Of a stretch of DNA of 64,000 nt, positions 61,575 through 64,000 are shown one piece after another. Source of the DNA: Felis catus. Lineage: Eukaryota. The stretch spans positions 45,694,001-45,758,000 of the forward strand of contig NC_058380.1 in the NCBI RefSeq assembly GCF_018350175.1, read 5' to 3'. Within the stretch, counting starts at the first letter, position 1. The number at the start of each line of letters is the position of its first letter. The notes under the pieces were generated by a model. That model did not search any database and was not told the origin of the DNA. It was given only the letters and a program-made list of their open reading frames with translations. Both the position numbers and the translations under genes were made by a program.

Positions 61575-63384
61575 ATTTCACCTTTTAGTAAGCACATGCT
61601 TTGGATGTTGCCACTGCAGCTTTTATGGTTCAGTCTCTTACTGAAATCACCAAAAACGTGTTGCGCTCCATGGTGACATCTCCTGGTAGAAGCTAATATT
61701 ACAGGAAATAGTGAACTTCCGTTGTTCGTTCAGTCTGCAGGATTCTATGGCGTTTCCTTTTTGGTCAACTCTCTCATGCTGAGAGTGCAGGGGGGCGGGT
61801 GAGGGATAGACTAGTAAGTCAGGGAGAAATAGCCTTCTTCTCCTTACCCATTTGTGATTTTTCATGTAAAAATGTTATACCTTTCTTTTCAGGCACTGGC
61901 CTATGGGCGAGGTTTGTCTTCCTGCTTCTCCAGTATGTATGTTCTACGTCACCCTGAGGTTAACACAAAGGGAAGTGAAAGCAAGGAAATGGGCTGCACG
62001 GTTTTTCTCTCTAATGTTCAAGACTCGAGAGGTTTTTGTTTCTCATTTCAACCTTCCTAGAAAGCAAAACTCGACAGTTGTGCGGGCATAAAGACAACAA
62101 ACATAGGTCTGAATGTCATGAAAATGAAAAGGGGAAGTGACCTTTGCGCTGACAGAAAAGCAAAGTGTAAGTCGGGAAAATTCGATGCAAGAGAACTGGG
62201 GGCTGGGGGCCATGGCAGAGGGAAGACTGCAGACCAGCACTCAAGGATACAAGGGCCTGAAGGTGGCTGCTTCTGCCAAAGGCTCAAACAAGAACCACTC
62301 GTATGCTGTTCTTCCGGGTGAAAGGACCGTACTCAGCTTAGCTAGACCAGCCTCCTGATTTTGCTTTCACTAATGGGCATGTGAGGAGCTCTAAGGAGAG
62401 AAGGGAGGAGTCGCGAACCTGCTCCCAAAAAAACTAGCATCCAGAACCCGCATTGTGCTAAGGAGCCCCCTCTGCAGGAACAGTGGTTATTGGCCTTGCT
62501 TGAGCATTCTACTTAGTTGATAACTCCACTCTTGGATTCTTTGGGTGTAGATGTGAGGGCAGGGTTCCCTGTATTTAGTGTGTTGCTCTGTGCGACCGGA
62601 TGCCTGAGGTCCTTGAGCAATGCAGGGCAGGAATCGGCTGGCAGGGAGGGTGGAGGTGTGGCCATGTTCACATTCTGGCTCCTGACGCTGGAAAATCTTG
62701 GCTACTTCCAGCTGCTGCTGCATGGTGATCTCTCACAGCCCATCCGTGAGCACCTGGGCGCCGAGCCCTGCCATCCCCAGTCCCCTCTCAGGTTGACCAG
62801 AAGCCCCTGTGGACGGAAAGTCTGCACCACTGGGGGACACATGTAATTAACTAACTTTCGCCTATGGACCTTGTACCTCTCATCTCCATTCATTCACCTC
62901 CAAGCCCAGGATAGTGAGCTCTATTCCATTACGGACTTCCAAAATTATGGTGTTTCATAATTATGTTGTTTAATAACTTCAGCATTGCACCCGGTCCACT
63001 CTTTTTGTCTGCTAATGTGCCCTGTCTACAGGCTAAGTAAGCATGGCTACCTCCCGGCTCCTAGCCGCCACTCATAGAAGCACCTTTGAAGATCTATCCC
63101 TTTCCTCTAGAATAGCTCCTCGGGAGTGTGCAAGGTAGCTGTGGGGCAAGAAAATACCTTATCAAGTCATGAGTCCTTGGCATCTAGCCCAGTGGCTACC
63201 ATTGGAGGATCTCAAAACAATATACGTTAAGAGAATAATCGTGCTGATCGTAAAAACAGAAAGAATAAAACCAACACATAATATATATCGTTGATTTGAG
63301 AGAATAATATAAAAATGACCAAAAGACACAATGTGAATTATGGTTCAAGGGAGGTTATAAAAGATTTTTGAAGAGTATTTTTTT

Positions 63385-63608
63385 TAATTTTTTTTCAACG
63401 TTTTTTATTTATTTTGGGGACAGAGAGAGACAGAGCATGAACAGGGGAGGGGCAGAGAGAGAGGGAGGCACAGAATCGGAAACAGCCTCCAGGCTCCAGG
63501 CTCCGAGCCATCAGCCCAGAGCCTGACGCGGGGCTCGAACTCACGGACCGCGAGATCGTGACCTAGCTGAAGTCGGACGCTTAACCGACTGCGCCACCCA
63601 GGCGCCCC
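63385..63608 (-). mobile_element. CAN-SINE (young felid type)
   Basis: TSD AAGAGTATTTTTTT. Confidence 0.92.
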
Positions 63609-64000
63609 AAGAGTATTTTTTTAAAAAGAACAACCACCACCATTTAATGGATTACAAAAATATTTTCTCTGTATTTGTAAGATGTAGAATATCAGATTGA
63701 GAAACAAATTTCTGGTTATTATTGGAGTACTCAGTCTCCATTTTTCTCTTTGCCTTTTCAGTAAGCACCTGGAAAGAACTGTCAACTGCTTTTTCCAGCC
63801 TGGCAAACAGTGACATAATTGATTAAAATCGGTTGAGTATAACATCGTGTCCTGATTGTTTCCTACAGGGATTATTAACTAAGGGAAGAGTGCACTTCAG
63901 TTTTCTTTCTGACAACTTCCTAGTCCTTCAGATGGGGAATGATGCCCTGGAAGAATCTCTGGACAGCAATATCCCCATAGGACAGGGCTGAAGGATTTCT

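Noticed and set aside
1288-63608. tRNA genes and recurring short ORFs such as AQVMIS...SLEPASDSVSPSL
   Set aside because: All derive from tRNA-related CAN-SINE bodies.

Overview
Eukaryotic genomic DNA from a felid (CAN-SINEs of the cat type, felid L1, cat-type interferon proteins): a 64-kb slice of the type I interferon gene cluster. It holds six intact intronless genes, all on the minus strand: three IFN-omega (7070-7660, 29888-30478, 59077-59667) and three IFN-alpha (13028-13594, 35756-36340, 45059-45640), arranged as repeated omega-alpha cassettes. Four IFN pseudogenes appear only as fragments in the ORF track: two IFN-delta-like (about 4.3-4.85 kb and 50.65-51.13 kb), one older IFN-omega-like (about 41.2-41.7 kb), and an inverted plus-strand IFN-alpha-omega/mu-like copy (about 55.5-56.0 kb). 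The second delta-like pseudogene keeps a CpG-rich TATA/GC-box promoter with no IRF array, next to a 1.6-kb G-rich compound tandem repeat. Paralogous blocks alternate between near-identical and clearly diverged tracts, which points to gene conversion or unequal crossover, although the four N-gaps mean assembly artefacts must be excluded. Repeats include a full-length dead L1, a truncated antisense L1, a solo LTR, Tigger-like and MLT1-like elements and about 23 CAN-SINEs. I found no evidence for a wholly new gene system. The best leads are the cryptic IFN subtypes and the delta-promoter/satellite module. Family assignments rest on remembered reference sequences, not on searches.
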